This document shows positions 33,459-46,209 of a stretch of DNA of 64,000 nt, one piece after another (the stretch's first letter is position 1; every line of letters starts with the position of its first letter). Source of the stretch: Corallochytrium limacisporum Hawaii (lineage: Eukaryota; Protista; Pluriformea); NCBI GenBank assembly GCA_002811645.1, contig PDIP01000149.1, positions 1 through 64,000 on the forward strand. The letters are read 5' to 3'. Position numbers and translations under genes: made by a program. The notes under the pieces were generated by a model that was not told the origin of the DNA, did no database searches, and saw nothing but the letters and a program-made list of their open reading frames with translations.

Positions 33459-33978
33459 GGGGATCATATTATGAGAAGGCCGTTTTAATTACTGGGGGAC
33501 CCTAATTTTTACTTGTATCGGCTTCGGACCTGCGCGAAGGGGAAACTGAAGATGTTCTTATTTGGGTAGCCGGGGCACCCCATTTGCTTGTCAGGGGCCT
33601 ATTTTCCCAGAGCGGTACCGGGTCTTTTGGTGAGTAGGCCGCTAAACGGGTGGTCCATTATGACCCCTGGGCGAACATACCAAATATGTTGGCAGGCGGC
33701 TCGTCAGAGTACTATGATCATGGCGATATTTTGCAATCACGATGATGCTAATGTACTGCTCGAGGATTTTAATGATGATGACAATGTGCGATGTATGCAT
33801 TCTATATGAGCAAACGTAACTACTATGCATGAAAGAAATGTAAAAATGATGCCGATGATGCCAGCAGAAATCAATTGGAGAACTGGCGGCTGAAACACAT
33901 GATGAAACCCCTCCCTTTTGATCAATGGCAACAGTGGGTGTGTGCAGAACTGATCATGCTCGCCGTTTCTATTCCCGT

Positions 33979-35577
33979 TTAGACGATTACGCCGTATACG
34001 CCAATTACTGTGGCGATGGTGCTGAAGCAGATTAGGAAGTAGCACCAGACCCTTTCCCAGGTCGGCACCGGTTTGTCGAAGTCCTTGGACAGCTTGAGAT
34101 AGCACAAGCAAGGGAATGTGACACTGATAAAGAATGAGAACATGGCACCAATGAACGCAACTACGCGGTCAAAGTAGGGCACATAGAGAGCGGTCACAAG
34201 GGCCAGGCTGGTCAACGCAGTGCGGGTGAAAACGCGGAAGACTGGGTCGAGCTTCTCTGGGATCACCGGTACGACCAGCTCCTCAATACTGAGAGCAACT
34301 GGGTTCAAACACAGACTGAACTTACTGAAGGGACTGATGACAATAAGCCATGTGCTCATCAGAATCATGGCGCCACCACTGATGGTCATGTTCAGCGTGA
34401 CCTCCTCCCGGGTCAAATCTCCGTACATCAGGTATCCCACAATCATAATTCCCGCATACACCACAGTAGTCACGACATAAGTAATGTTCACCATGGTGTT
34501 GTAGTCCTGGGGTCGCTTCATGCTGCTGTAAATGGAAGGGAAGCAGGCATGTCCGCCGTAGCCGACCATGATGAGACCGAAACTGATCGGCAGATTCCAG
34601 ATGTCACCCACCAGGCGCGTATGCGCAACCTGGTGCAGGCTGCCACCGATACCGGGCTCTGCATCGTGAGTGGTTCCCTGCACCACCAGAGCCACAAACA
34701 GGAACGAGGATGCCAAGACACCCAGAATGGAAATGTAGGACAGAATGCTCAGCTGGCGCATCCAGCTGGTTGGAAGTACAATCAGGAAGGAGATCAGGGT
34801 GAAGGTCATGGTCTCCACATTCGGAAAGAGAGCGTGCAGGTTGTCGCTCATGAGAATCAAGAACATGGCACAGGTGGTGAACAGTTCCAGGAAGAAGGCC
34901 ACGCTAATTGCCGCCCGACCCTTTGTTCCAAATGCGCCCTGCCCGAGGTCAGGATAGTTGATGAACTTGGAGGGATTCATGTCGATACAGGCCCGCAGCA
35001 GACGTGCTGTGTAGTTTGTTACGCCAGCCAAGAAGAACAGCATGGTGAGTGACAGAATCCACCCTGCCTTCATGGCTGCGTAGGGCAGAGAAAGCACACC
35101 GACGCCCAAAAGCACGTTGATCCCGTTAAAAGTTGCCTGCAAAGTGGAGGATGCGCGTCCAGGGGCATCGACTGTCTCTTCACCCTTGGCCAGCAAGAGA
35201 GAGGTCTCGTCGTATTCGGGAACCCCTCCGCTGCTGACTGTATAATTGCTAGTCTCGCGGCCAGTGCTGGTTCCGGAGTTCACACGGCTAATGTGACCAC
35301 TCACGCTGGGCCGGCGGTGGAACACACCAAAGGACGAAGACTCTGCCCGGAGAAAATCCTGGCCCTCCCCGTAGCTATGACTGAAGCCACGGTGGGTAAG
35401 ACGGTCATGGTCAGCCCAGCTGAGATTCTGCCCGGTGAAGGAATTGAACTGGTACGCCGTGGCTGCTGTGTAGGAGGCGGGCCACTGCAGAGGCGGATTG
35501 TCATTCTCTTCGTCTTCCGGTGTGGCCGCAGTGATGTTGACCGGAGTCGAAGTGGGGAACGGTGACATGGGAGCCAT
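33979..35577 (-). CDS. Amino acid/auxin permease (Aa_trans) family transporter, AVT1-like vacuolar type
   Basis: STLQATFNGINVLLGVGVLSLPYA, YPDLGQGAFG, GYGGHACFPSIYSSMKRP, GYLMYG, about 11 TM; long cytosolic N-terminus with dileucine motif DETSLL. Confidence 0.93.
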   Translation of the reverse strand: MAPMSPFPTSTPVNITAATPEDEENDNPPLQWPASYTAATAYQFNSFTGQNLSWADHDRLTHRGFSHSYGEGQDFLRAESSSFGVFHRRPSVSGHISRVNSGTSTGRETSNYTVSSGGVPEYDETSLLLAKGEETVDAPGRASSTLQATFNGINVLLGVGVLSLPYAAMKAGWILSLTMLFFLAGVTNYTARLLRACIDMNPSKFINYPDLGQGAFGTKGRAAISVAFFLELFTTCAMFLILMSDNLHALFPNVETMTFTLISFLIVLPTSWMRQLSILSYISILGVLASSFLFVALVVQGTTHDAEPGIGGSLHQVAHTRLVGDIWNLPISFGLIMVGYGGHACFPSIYSSMKRPQDYNTMVNITYVVTTVVYAGIMIVGYLMYGDLTREEVTLNMTISGGAMILMSTWLIVISPFSKFSLCLNPVALSIEELVVPVIPEKLDPVFRVFTRTALTSLALVTALYVPYFDRVVAFIGAMFSFFISVTFPCLCYLKLSKDFDKPVPTWERVWCYFLICFSTIATVIGVYGVIV

Positions 35578-38500
35578 TGTTCGCTCTCGAATTGTGAATC
35601 TATGTAGGTCAATCCCGTGTGTCTACACTTCAGCCACGGTATGGTCAGCAACTACCTATCAGAACATGGCAAAAAGTACCTTATCAAAGCAGATGACATG
35701 AACAGATACCAAAAATCCAAGACTGGCTGTTGTACACCGTGGGTATAACTAAGCCCCGATGCGCTGCGTCTTTTCGACACATCTCTCTACGGACGTCTTA
35801 GGGTGTGACATTTTGGAACAAAACCTCCGGCCTTCCAAAATTTCGTACGACCCCCCCCCTCCGTTTTCGGAGAGGGAGAGGAGGGAAGGGAAGGGGGGGT
35901 TGGTGGTGAGGAGTAGGCCCCCCCTCTCTAACAAAGGACGGGCCTGGGTCCCCCCTTGTCTAAAATGGCTCTTTTTTTTTCATTTATGTATTACGAACCA
36001 TGCGCCGTGACTGAAACGATTAAACACGAGACCCACAGACAAAAAAGCAAAATGAAAAGAAAAATTAAGCCAGAACTATAGAAGAAAATGGAAAGAAAAT
36101 GGAAGAAAGAAAAGGACAGGGACCAAAATGAAAAAGACGTGATTTACAAACACACTTCTCCGCAGCCCACCTTTCTTTTCCCGTTCAAAATGCATAGGAA
36201 CGGACCCGATTCTACTCTTGGCAGCCAAGACCCGCAACACCGGGCCATGTCCGTGATTTTCAACCGCACGCCTCGCCGAGACTGGTCAGGACCAGTGCTT
36301 GCTCCCGTACCCAAACTACCCCAACCAAAACACCAAAATAAACCCCAAAAAAAGAAATAGAGAGAGAGAGAGAGGGAGAGAGATGCTGGCAAACAATTGC
36401 CTGCAAGAAAGCGCAACGGTGGGTGAACCTGACCAACAAAAACCCAAAGAAAAAATGGGAATTGGGAGAGGGGAGGGGGGGGGAGGGGCGGAGGGAGACC
36501 TTATCGGCGGCCGAGACTGCAATGCCTCACAACACACACAGTCACCCACGCAAGAGTTTTTCGCTCTGTCTCTGTCTCTCTGTCTGTGTGTGTGTGTGTG
36601 TGTGTGACCCTGGCGGAAAGGAAGGGACGGACGCAAGGTCGCAACCGAGGGAGGGGAGGAAATCGCTGGTCTCTGAATTTTCTGGTTCGTATACTTGGTA
36701 CATTCATTACTGAATCCTGCCCAGTCCCCAAAATTCATCAGCAAATTGCTATTTTGGGACCCCGGGGGAGGGACGAGAAGATTTTTCGCGGGATCGCGGG
36801 GTTTTTTTTTTGGTTTTCTCTATTTTTTTCTTTTTTGTTGCTCTCAAGGCACCTGTCTCACCTGTCTTTGTTGGGCTCCTGTCCCGTGGGGCAATTGACA
36901 CGTTAACGAATTCTGTGTTGGTTTTTTTTTTCTTTAAAGGCCTCCCGGGATTTCGCGCTGGTGTGTGTGCGTGTGTGTGGTGGGGGTAACCGCCGCTCTG
37001 GGGTGGTAGGGAGGCGGGAGTTGGGTCTCTATGTGTTCAGTACTGCGCATCGGTGGTTTTTATTGGGGGGAGGGGAAGAGGGGAGGGAGGTTTTGGGATT
37101 CTGAGATCGCCGTGGTGGCCGAAGGAAAACTTTTTTGCGATGACGAGGGCGGCGGCTCCGCCAGCAGAGAGCTGTCTGTAACAATCGCGGTCTCTGCCCC
37201 TCTTTTTGTTTTTTTTTCTTTTTTTTTTGTTTGGGCTTCTCCACCGTCGCCTTACCCCACAACGGCCCCCCTTTTTGCCCTTAGTTCAAAAAGAAAAAGA
37301 AAGGAAAGGCACACCAAAACGCGTGGTGCTCTCTCCCTCTCTCTCTCTCCCTCTCTCTCTATCTCTCGCTCACACACCAAAAACGTCACACTTTCCGCGC
37401 GGCGGCGGACAACCGTTGGTTTCCACAGAAAACTAGGGACCCAGGAAAGCCAAAATATAAGAAAGAAAAGAAAGAAAAGAGGTGAGCGACGTGAACCCGT
37501 GGCAGTGGTTTGGGCGGTTGGCACAAGGATCGACGGCGGACAACACCGGGGTCAAACTGACCGGAGGCGTTGAGTCACCGCCCGCCGCGCGCGCTCGAAA
37601 AACGAAAGGCAACAAACCCGGGAGCGCGCTGCCGATGGGCCACCGGTCCTGCTGGGACGGAGCGCTCCCAAATGAAATGAGGTTGCAGCGCCTATGGACT
37701 TTGTCCGGCAAATGCTCACTGGGCAAATTGTCGCTATTTCGTTTGTTTTCAAAAGTCCCGATGTTGATGATGGCCCCTGTTTAAGGTTGGGTGGGTGTGT
37801 GTTTAAGGATGACGATAATCAACGCAGATTATTGTTTTCACATCGACCAAGAACAGTTCGTGACCACAGGGTAGCCATCACTGGACAGAATAATTGTCCA
37901 TGCAAACGGGCAAGCCGTTAGGATGGCAGTGGCCAGTCCTATGTTGTAACGACAATGCTGATGATGTCCATTTATCAACTATAACGGGCCAAAGATCTGT
38001 CGAACTCACATCCGACAATCTAACATCACATGGCAGCGACGGAATTTCCCTTTACCTGCACACAAATGGCGTTTGGGCGAGAGATGTGAAAGAGCGCGTT
38101 TGGAACCCAGGAACAGGTTTGGCGACCGAAGGACTTTCTTCTGCGTTTTTATCCCAACGCACGGAGATGGTGATTGTGTGCAGGTGAGAAGATAGAAACA
38201 CGCGACGCGTGCACTGGGAACCCCTGCCTCCACCAAGCGTCTCAAGCGGCGGGGTCGTGTTTGCACTTGCCCCGATGACGACAACTACCCCTTGTCTCAG
38301 AGCTCCCTCACACTTTCGCCGTTGCGCACATGCGCAACCGTAACGGTCTGGCATGTGAAAGTTTGCTGGAAAGGAGGAAGTCAAAAGAATCCCGATCCAT
38401 ACCATGCGATTTCCACATGCGTTCCGAGGTGCTGGGTGTGTGAAGAAGATGCTCAATGGGGGACCCCAAGGGAAGGAACAAGCAGGCGGAATGTGTTCAT

Positions 38501-40160
38501 TGTCTTTTTTCTGATTGCTCCCTTTTGGCCCAGACAATAAAACTAAAGAGGTGGTGGTACACACAGCTCCGTCGCCAGACTTGGCGTCCTAACGAACTGG
38601 GAGGGATCCAAACAAGCCAGTCGCAGATGATGTGCGCCCGCTGACAGGTCAGCAGGCGCGACATCTTCACCAAAAAGTTGAACGCATCCTCTTCCTCTGT
38701 GGGTATTTCAACAATCAACCGGTTCAGGCACCGCCAAGGCGGGGGTTCCAGGGTCTTCGAAAACACACAATGGAACATTGTTCCATTTCCGGAATGGATT
38801 CCCCCATTTCTTGAGTACGGAATGTGCCCGTATTACCGGGCGCTCGCGTGGGAAGGGTGGGTCCCACGGGTTCGGTCCGGGTTTTTCCAGAGCGGGTCAT
38901 CGGTGGAGAGCCGGTAGGGAGACCCGTCGGCCAACCGGTCCAGATTTAAGCATAAGGGGTGGTCCTACCCCTTTCCTTTGTGGCGTATCCGTGGCTTCAG
39001 TGTTCCTTAGGCCACAAGGCTTCCCAGCTGAAATGGAATTGAATTTAAGATAGTAGGGTAAAATCTCTGTATACGTATAATTTCTGATCTGCCATCTACA
39101 ATCCTGCCCAATGGGACGACGGACATGCGTTCACGCATAAATCTTCTCGTCCCCTCTCGTTACGACACCTTTTGAATGTCTGAACATCTGAATGCAACCA
39201 TACCTTGAAATCCTTGACCTCTGTGACTGTTTTGGGATGGTCAACCATGGTCTAGTCGGCATTACTAGAACATGTCAAATGACTATATTTAGAATGATAA
39301 GGATGAATGAACGTATGGATGTGGGTATGGGTATGGATGCCGTAATGTGAGATGTGAATGAATGGATGTGGCAATGAACTTGATCAGTATGTATGCGCAA
39401 GGGTTGATGGCATCTCGAACGTACGAAGAAGAATCTGAGCTTCCTAGTTGGACTGCTTTCAGAGCCCTTTTCAGCTGCCATCCGTACACAAACGTGCTCG
39501 CCAAACGACCGCCTATGAAGCAACACGTGATGAATGCAGGGTTCTGCCAAAGCTATCACACATTGCAGGAGACCTCAGAACAGAAATGCTCTGCAGCGAC
39601 CTGCAGCAGACATCATACAAATGGCGGGTCGGTGTACAACCATTGTATTCCGCCGTTGAACTCCTGATGTCTCTCCAAGACGGCAGCTGTGTCTGTGGGA
39701 ATAGGAGTAGGTGATAGGGAAAGGCCTGTCCCAGGGAAATTGTAGATACCGATATTTTCGTTGCCATGTAGCCAGCGCATGGACAAGAAGATACAGAAGC
39801 CGGTCGTGTTTGTTGTGATAATGGATAGACTGGTTGTTCCTTGCCGGTAACTCTGAAGTATGCAGGATGTGCGATTGCTCTGCTTGGAGCGTTCGCGGCG
39901 AAGGGAATGCTCTGGAAGTAGTTTTGCTTTGGCGTTTGGTTTTGGTTTGTTATCTTTTACATTGGTTTTGTTCGTTTCATTTCTTTTTTTTTTCTTTGTT
40001 TTGGTCTCTTGCATGCCTTCTTTTGATTTTTTTTTCAGTTCGCATGTCATTCTTAACTTATGTTTTTGGTATTGGAGAATGGTTGTGACTCGACTGGGGA
40101 TGGTATGGGTGCCGTGGTACTGCATGGCTGAGGGGTGCACCGTCACATCGTGGGGTACAG

Positions 40161-42587
40161 TTAGTCCTCCATGCTGTCACCACCGTGACCCTGCTGACCC
40201 CATGCTTGTGACTGCTGCTGGCTAGCCTGCTGAGGCTGCTGCCAGCCCGTCTGGTCCTCCTGCTGCGTCCCTCCTTGCTGTTGTTGGTTCCAGCCACCCT
40301 GCTGCTCACCAGCAGACGGCTGCCCAATTGCCGGAGCAGCATGACCAAAAGAAGGAGTGCCTCCGCCAAATTGAGGACCAGCCTGAGGTTGCTGCTGCTC
40401 TTGCTGCGGATGCGCCCCAACGCGCACGGTGAAGTTGGACTGTGCACAGCTTTGACCGGCGCTTTGTGCCTGGGCAGAGTTACTGTACTGTACGTAGGCA
40501 TCGGAGTCGGACACCATCTTCAGTTGCTCGATGCGACCGTAGTTTTTGAAATGTGAGAACAGTTGTTTGCTGGTTGTTCCGGCCGGCAGATTCTCAAGGA
40601 CGAGCGTACGCTGGTCCAATGGTTCCTGGGGACCAGTGGTGTTTGGAATAAAGATCCCACCACGGCCACGGCCCCTGCCCCGGGGCGCACCACGGCCACG
40701 GTATGTGCCGCGACCGCGGTACCCACCGCGAGGATTGTAGCCTCCCTGATAGTACCCACCTTGGGGTCCGGATCCGAAGCCGCTAAATTGGTCACCCCCG
40801 GAATCTTGGCTCTGTGCATCCACAGAATCGCTGCCGGCCATTGCATTGTCCTGCTCGTCGCCGGGTGCTGCCATGCTATCGCCACCAGATTGCTGCTGCT
40901 GCTGCTGTCCTTCCTGGACCTGACTCTGCTGCTGTGCCTGTTCCTGAGCAGCTATCGCCGCCTGAAGGGCCTGGTTGGCCTCTTCCACAGTCTTCTTGTG
41001 CTGTTCAGCCATGGTCTGCAGCTGCTGCAACATTTGCATCGCTTCGGCTGCTTCAGTCTGCTTACCATCGTTGGTCAGCGCCTCAACCTGCTCCATGACC
41101 ATCTTCTGCTGCTGAATGCTCTCGTCGAGCAATCCCTGGGCCTTGTTGCGGATCTGTTCCTGCATGGCCATTTCTCCGCTACCGGCCTTGGCCATGAGAG
41201 CAGCTTTCTTAGCAGCCTGCTTGGCCTCCCACTCTGCCTTCTTCATGGCCACAAACTCCTCTTTCTTCTTCTTGCGCTCCTCACGGCGTTTCTCTTCGTT
41301 GCGGCGCTGCAACTCAAGTAAAGCTTCCCGCTGTTCAAGAGGACCAGGTTTGTCTAGGTTTGCGTATGAAACGGTGATGAAACGGTTTCCAAAAACGGCT
41401 TCTGGCGCATCGTGTGCCGCCTTTGCGCTGTCTTTGTCGACAAATTCCACGCGAGCTGTCTTGCCGTCCGCGTTCAACCCGGTCTTAATGGTGGCAACTT
41501 CGCCAAACTTACTGAAGTGCTCCATCAAAGGCATGATCTTGTTCTGTTCAGGAGGGATGCCAGTCACTTCTAAAATAGCTGCAGCCTTTAGAACGTGCTT
41601 ATGCTTGCACTTGTCACCGTACTTGCACCAGCCACGTTCGGAGAACGCCCTACAAATACCTTGTTCTTCCTGGCCGGGGGCGTTCGAGGTATCGTGCCTG
41701 TATCGACATTTGTCTCCGTACCGACAGAAACCTTTGTCACGGAATGCAACACATACCCCGCGCTGATTGCTGTTATCACCACCGTTTGCGTTCTGCTGAC
41801 CCTCGGCCCTTTCGTGCTTGTGCCGGCACTTGTCACCAAAGTTGCAACGTCCTTTGGCTGCAAACGCCCGGCAGATCTCTTGGGGCCGTTCGTCGGTGCC
41901 ATTGTCTCCACCAGTTCGTTCGTGCAGATTTCGGCACCGGTCACCAAATTTGCAACGTCCAGTCGAGGCGAAGGCGCGACAAATTTGCTTCTCCCGTCGC
42001 GAGTTGCCACGGGGACTGCGAGAACGGCTACGATCCCGGTTATCCCGTTCATTGTCGTCGCGTTCGCGGCCACGATTCCGCTTATCTGATTTCTCTCCAC
42101 GCCGCAACCGCCCGCGAAGATCGTCACCATCTCCTTTCTGATCGTCATTGAACGCACTCTCTCCGAAACGGTTGCGACGGGCCTCCTTCGCGGCCTCCGG
42201 GTCCCGGGGTGTGCTTTGCGCGGACTGTGGTGCGGACTGTGGTGTAGACTGCTGCTGTGGTTCATCTGCGTACTCTGGCTCGGGTTCTGGCTCTGCTACT
42301 GGTTCTTCCGCAGCTCCTTCGTCATCGAATCCACCGACCAAGTACGAATTGGTCTCTAGAGCTTCGATCAGATCCCGAACCAATGTATCCGTCTGGGGTC
42401 CCGCAAATGCACCCAGCATGCCAGAGAGTTGTGTGCGCAGGAATTCCTCATCATCCTGCTCAGTTTCCTCCAACCAATCAACCGCTTGCTTGGCCAACCC
42501 CGGGGCCTCTGCTTTCCGATCTGGTACAACTGCTTTCAGCTCTGTTGCAAGCCATTCAGCCAGTTGATCTGTATCGACAACAAACAT
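40161..42587 (-). CDS. RBM26: RBM26/RBM27-like RNA-binding protein: PWI-like domain, RS/RD region, four CCCH fingers, RRM, coiled coil, RGG, second RRM
   Basis: N-terminal DQLAEWLATELKAV...FLRTQLSGMLGAFAGPQTDTLVRDLIEALETNSYL; RRM1 LEVTGIPPEQNKIMPLMEHFSKFGEV...AHDAPEAVFGNRFITVSY; RGRG repeats; RRM2 QLFSHFKNYGRI. Confidence 0.88.
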   Translation of the reverse strand: MFVVDTDQLAEWLATELKAVVPDRKAEAPGLAKQAVDWLEETEQDDEEFLRTQLSGMLGAFAGPQTDTLVRDLIEALETNSYLVGGFDDEGAAEEPVAEPEPEPEYADEPQQQSTPQSAPQSAQSTPRDPEAAKEARRNRFGESAFNDDQKGDGDDLRGRLRRGEKSDKRNRGRERDDNERDNRDRSRSRSPRGNSRREKQICRAFASTGRCKFGDRCRNLHERTGGDNGTDERPQEICRAFAAKGRCNFGDKCRHKHERAEGQQNANGGDNSNQRGVCVAFRDKGFCRYGDKCRYRHDTSNAPGQEEQGICRAFSERGWCKYGDKCKHKHVLKAAAILEVTGIPPEQNKIMPLMEHFSKFGEVATIKTGLNADGKTARVEFVDKDSAKAAHDAPEAVFGNRFITVSYANLDKPGPLEQREALLELQRRNEEKRREERKKKKEEFVAMKKAEWEAKQAAKKAALMAKAGSGEMAMQEQIRNKAQGLLDESIQQQKMVMEQVEALTNDGKQTEAAEAMQMLQQLQTMAEQHKKTVEEANQALQAAIAAQEQAQQQSQVQEGQQQQQQSGGDSMAAPGDEQDNAMAGSDSVDAQSQDSGGDQFSGFGSGPQGGYYQGGYNPRGGYRGRGTYRGRGAPRGRGRGRGGIFIPNTTGPQEPLDQRTLVLENLPAGTTSKQLFSHFKNYGRIEQLKMVSDSDAYVQYSNSAQAQSAGQSCAQSNFTVRVGAHPQQEQQQPQAGPQFGGGTPSFGHAAPAIGQPSAGEQQGGWNQQQQGGTQQEDQTGWQQPQQASQQQSQAWGQQGHGGDSMED

Positions 42588-45341
42588 TGTGTTAGTCTGC
42601 TGCTGGATGTAATAAACTGTGGTTCTTTAACTGTATGTGATAAAAGGGAACGTCCTATTGGACTCGCTCTAGTACATTCTTTAAATGCTTCCTGTTCCAC
42701 TGAGCGCTGGAAAGAACCCCTACATGTTAAACAGCCATCATTTCTCAGCACTACACTATTGATCATGCAATATTAATCGAAATACCATCATTATATGGCG
42801 AGAAAAACTTTGCCAAGAGGCACCACAAAAGGTTCAGTCCACACGCTCTGAGACCCAGTGCCTCCCCCTTTCAATGGACCGGGGTTTGCAGCAACGTGGA
42901 AAGTTTGTGGACTCCCGCTTCAATTGTTCCCGCCTTAGCGGGACGGGGGATATCTGGTACTGAATGTACCGCAGTCAGGAATATTCGAAGGGTTCTACCA
43001 AGCAAACAGTGGGACCATTGTTTCGAATCAAAATATATGGATTTCGGTGCGCAGGCAGTGGCGATGAGCCTTGGATGGTTGGTCCATGAATTGCTTTAGC
43101 AACAGGCACACGATCATGATGGTAAATAAACACGCTGTTCGGATCTGATTCGTTTTACGCAGAAAAACATTGTGCATTCACATGTCCGATTCGATTTATC
43201 ATGTTGATTCATCATTGGCATCGACAATGTCTGAGGCGCGCACACAATTGGTCACAGGCTAGAGACCATTGGGGTCATCCCAACCTATGGGTTGACCTGG
43301 CATCGTGCTCTCATATGCGCGCGCACCAGCGGTATGCCGATATCCGCAGTGCATCATCGAAGGCAGCAGTCATTCCCAGACTTCTTCTTCCTTTTGCAGT
43401 GCACCCTCGCGGCACAGTGTTTGTGCAAACCATCAATATGGAAATGGATCATCTCCCTGTCTGCAGTGTACCCTGGTGACGTCCGGCAACAATTCTCGGT
43501 ATAGTTGCATTAGGATGCTGGTTCCATGCGGCGGCACTGCTGCATCTGTTTAGCGGATTGTCTTCACAGCACCGAGTCCAGTTGACCATGGTCAGCAAAT
43601 TTTGTGCCTTACACTGTGTACGACGGTGCCTTTCCTGAAACGCCCCAAGAAACACTAATCGAAAGTTGGATGCGAAGGGAACGGGGCAGACATGTGAAGA
43701 AAACTGCGCCGTTGAACTGTCTATAAATCATACTGGGAGTTTAAATATTTTACTGGTAATCACATTAAAAATTCTAAAACATGTTTAAAAAACATACGGA
43801 AAGGTAATAAACTGCCATTATAGAGAAAGTGATGGTCTGGGTGCTTTCGACGAATATCCCACCCTGGACTAGTCCGTACCGACGACCACCTCCTCATACA
43901 CCCAAAGACCACACACAGTCTTCGGTGGAAGCCCCGCCTCCCTACAAATACGTCTCGTGTCTGGTTTTACTTTTCTCGACCTCTTGCAAAACAGAAAACT
44001 GGAGAGGGCACGGGAGGAAAAGTGAGAGCTGCGGACAAGGGAAATGAAGCTGGCCCACGGTGCCGGGGGAGGGGGAGGGAGGGGGGGGAAGGAGAGGGTT
44101 CGCAAATCGAATAGGAAAAGGGAGTAGATCTTCGTATGGATTCCTATCTTCCCCGTTATCCCCTATCTCACCCACTCCGATGTCCATAATATGCAAACAA
44201 CACTCGCTAACGGGTAAACTGCCCCCTTCTTTCCCCCCCTCCCTACCTCCTCTCCTTCCTCCTCCGGGAGCGCCACCCCTTCCCGTCCAGCCTTTTATTT
44301 CCTTGCGATCAAAGCGAGATTTTTTTTTCTTCGTCTTTCTTGCTTTTCTTTCTTCTCCTTGTGTGGAAACCCAAGGGGATCGGTCTCGGTGATTGCAGGT
44401 TATAAGAAAGGGCCTGTTATGCGCGACGATGATGGTCGGTGTCGGTGGTACTGAATATATGCTGAAGTGTGCATCAAGGGCGGCCAGCGACCGCTGCTGT
44501 CGGCGGTTGGCCCCCCCCCGGGGGGGGTGGGGTTGTCGGGCCGGGCGGGAAGTGGCTGCAAAATCACATAATTATGGCACTGAATGTACTAACCAAAATT
44601 TTCTTCTACTTTTTTCATTCACCGGCGGGGCTGAGGCCCAGTGTGGTGGCGAGATCCTTTCCGAAAGCCCTCACTTTGTATCCCCGATCGAGCAAAGAAA
44701 TCAGTACTTTCATTATTAAAATATATCCACCGGACGTGACGGAAGGGTAGGGACGGGAAGGCCCCCCCTGCACTGCCCGACGCACAGTTCCCGCCCGAAC
44801 AAAAACACAAGATGAAGCCGCAGCCACAGAGGCCAGTCGCTGATGAGTATTTACACCGGTCATCCCATACATTTATTACCACTTAGTATTGCGAAAGGGA
44901 GAAGGTGGAAACAGTGTGGGGGTGGGTTCTTGCCTTTTTCGGGACTGGTACCGTGTATGTAAGAGTGGAGGGCGGGGAGGGGGGTAGGGTTAGGGGGGAA
45001 TCGGGAGACCAGAGAAACGGCCGGGATTCGACTCCGGGGAGAAGGATTGGTAGTGAAACACAGAGAGAAAAAAAAGACAAAAAGAAAATGTTAAAGTGGA
45101 GAGAAAGAGAGGGTGGGGGGAGACCCCCCTCCTCCCGTGGCGGAGGGAGGGGGTTACACCGCCGGGCACCGTGGTTTTTGTGGCGGCAAAAAGCAAAAAC
45201 AGAGAAAGCGCACGGCAAGAGGGGCCTTTGCGAACCGAAATGGTCCCCGGGCCGTTGAGGACGGCTTGCCGGAATGAATGATTTCAATAGAAAGGGAGAC
45301 AGAATAAAAAAAAAATCATGAGGGTCACGTCGAAGGGGGGT

Positions 45342-45557
45342 NNNNNNNNNNNNNNNNNNNNNNNNNNNNNNNNNNNNNNNNNNNNNNNNNNNNNNNNNNN
45401 NNNNNNNNNNNNNNNNNNNNNNNNNNNNNNNNNNNNNNNNNNNNNNNNNNNNNNNNNNNNNNNNNNNNNNNNNNNNNNNNNNNNNNNNNNNNNNNNNNNN
45501 NNNNNNNNNNNNNNNNNNNNNNNNNNNNNNNNNNNNNNNNNNNNNNNNNNNNNNNNN
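45342..45557. other. Assembly gap (216 N)
   Basis: N run flanked by G-rich tracts. Confidence 0.99.
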
Positions 45558-46209
45558 AGGGTGGGGGGGTGCCAAACGGGGAGGAGGGGTGGCGCACCGG
45601 GGGCGGACCCTGGAGCCCGTGGTTTTGTATGGCCCGGTCGAGGAAGCCGGGACACCGGTGGCCATTGCTTCTCCTTGGTGGTAGTCTGGTGGGGGGGGGG
45701 GCTTCTGTGATGGTGGAATCTCTTTCAAAACCGCTCACGCTCCACTCTGCGTGCCGCAGACCAATACTCACATACCCACAGAAAGGCTCACACATTCCCC
45801 GAATCTCGGCTTCCATTTGGCTTGGTCGTGCCGGCCCTGCTACTGTGTATCGCGGTACAGTATGGGTATTGCGACACTGCGGGAGCTCTTCGTTTGGGGC
45901 GTATTCTATCATATTTGTCGAGGCCATATGGGTTAGTGATTAACGTGCGATGGAAGTGTCGCTCTGCCTTATGCGTTCTACGTACTTAGAGAGATGTATC
46001 TTTGAAATCGTTGCAGAGAATGGGCAATGGTTCATTAGGTGACAATGTCATAACGGAAGGAATTAGCGGGAACAATCAGTACAATATATAGTGCAATAGG
46101 AAAGGACATGGATAACTCGGGTCCACTGGCCACTCTTGAAACGACCCTGGCACAGATATAAGTTTCACAACTGCATGGTGGAGACTGCGTCACGGCACAA
46201 ATCTACACA

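Noticed and set aside
40275-42595. Antisense and alternative-frame ORFs overlapping real genes (here and throughout the window)
   Set aside because: Shadow ORFs caused by GC-rich codon usage of the true CDS.
45000-45070. Minus-strand CCGGAGTCGAATCCCGGCC resembling a tRNA 3' half
   Set aside because: T-loop lacks TTC and the upstream sequence is low-complexity with no cloverleaf.
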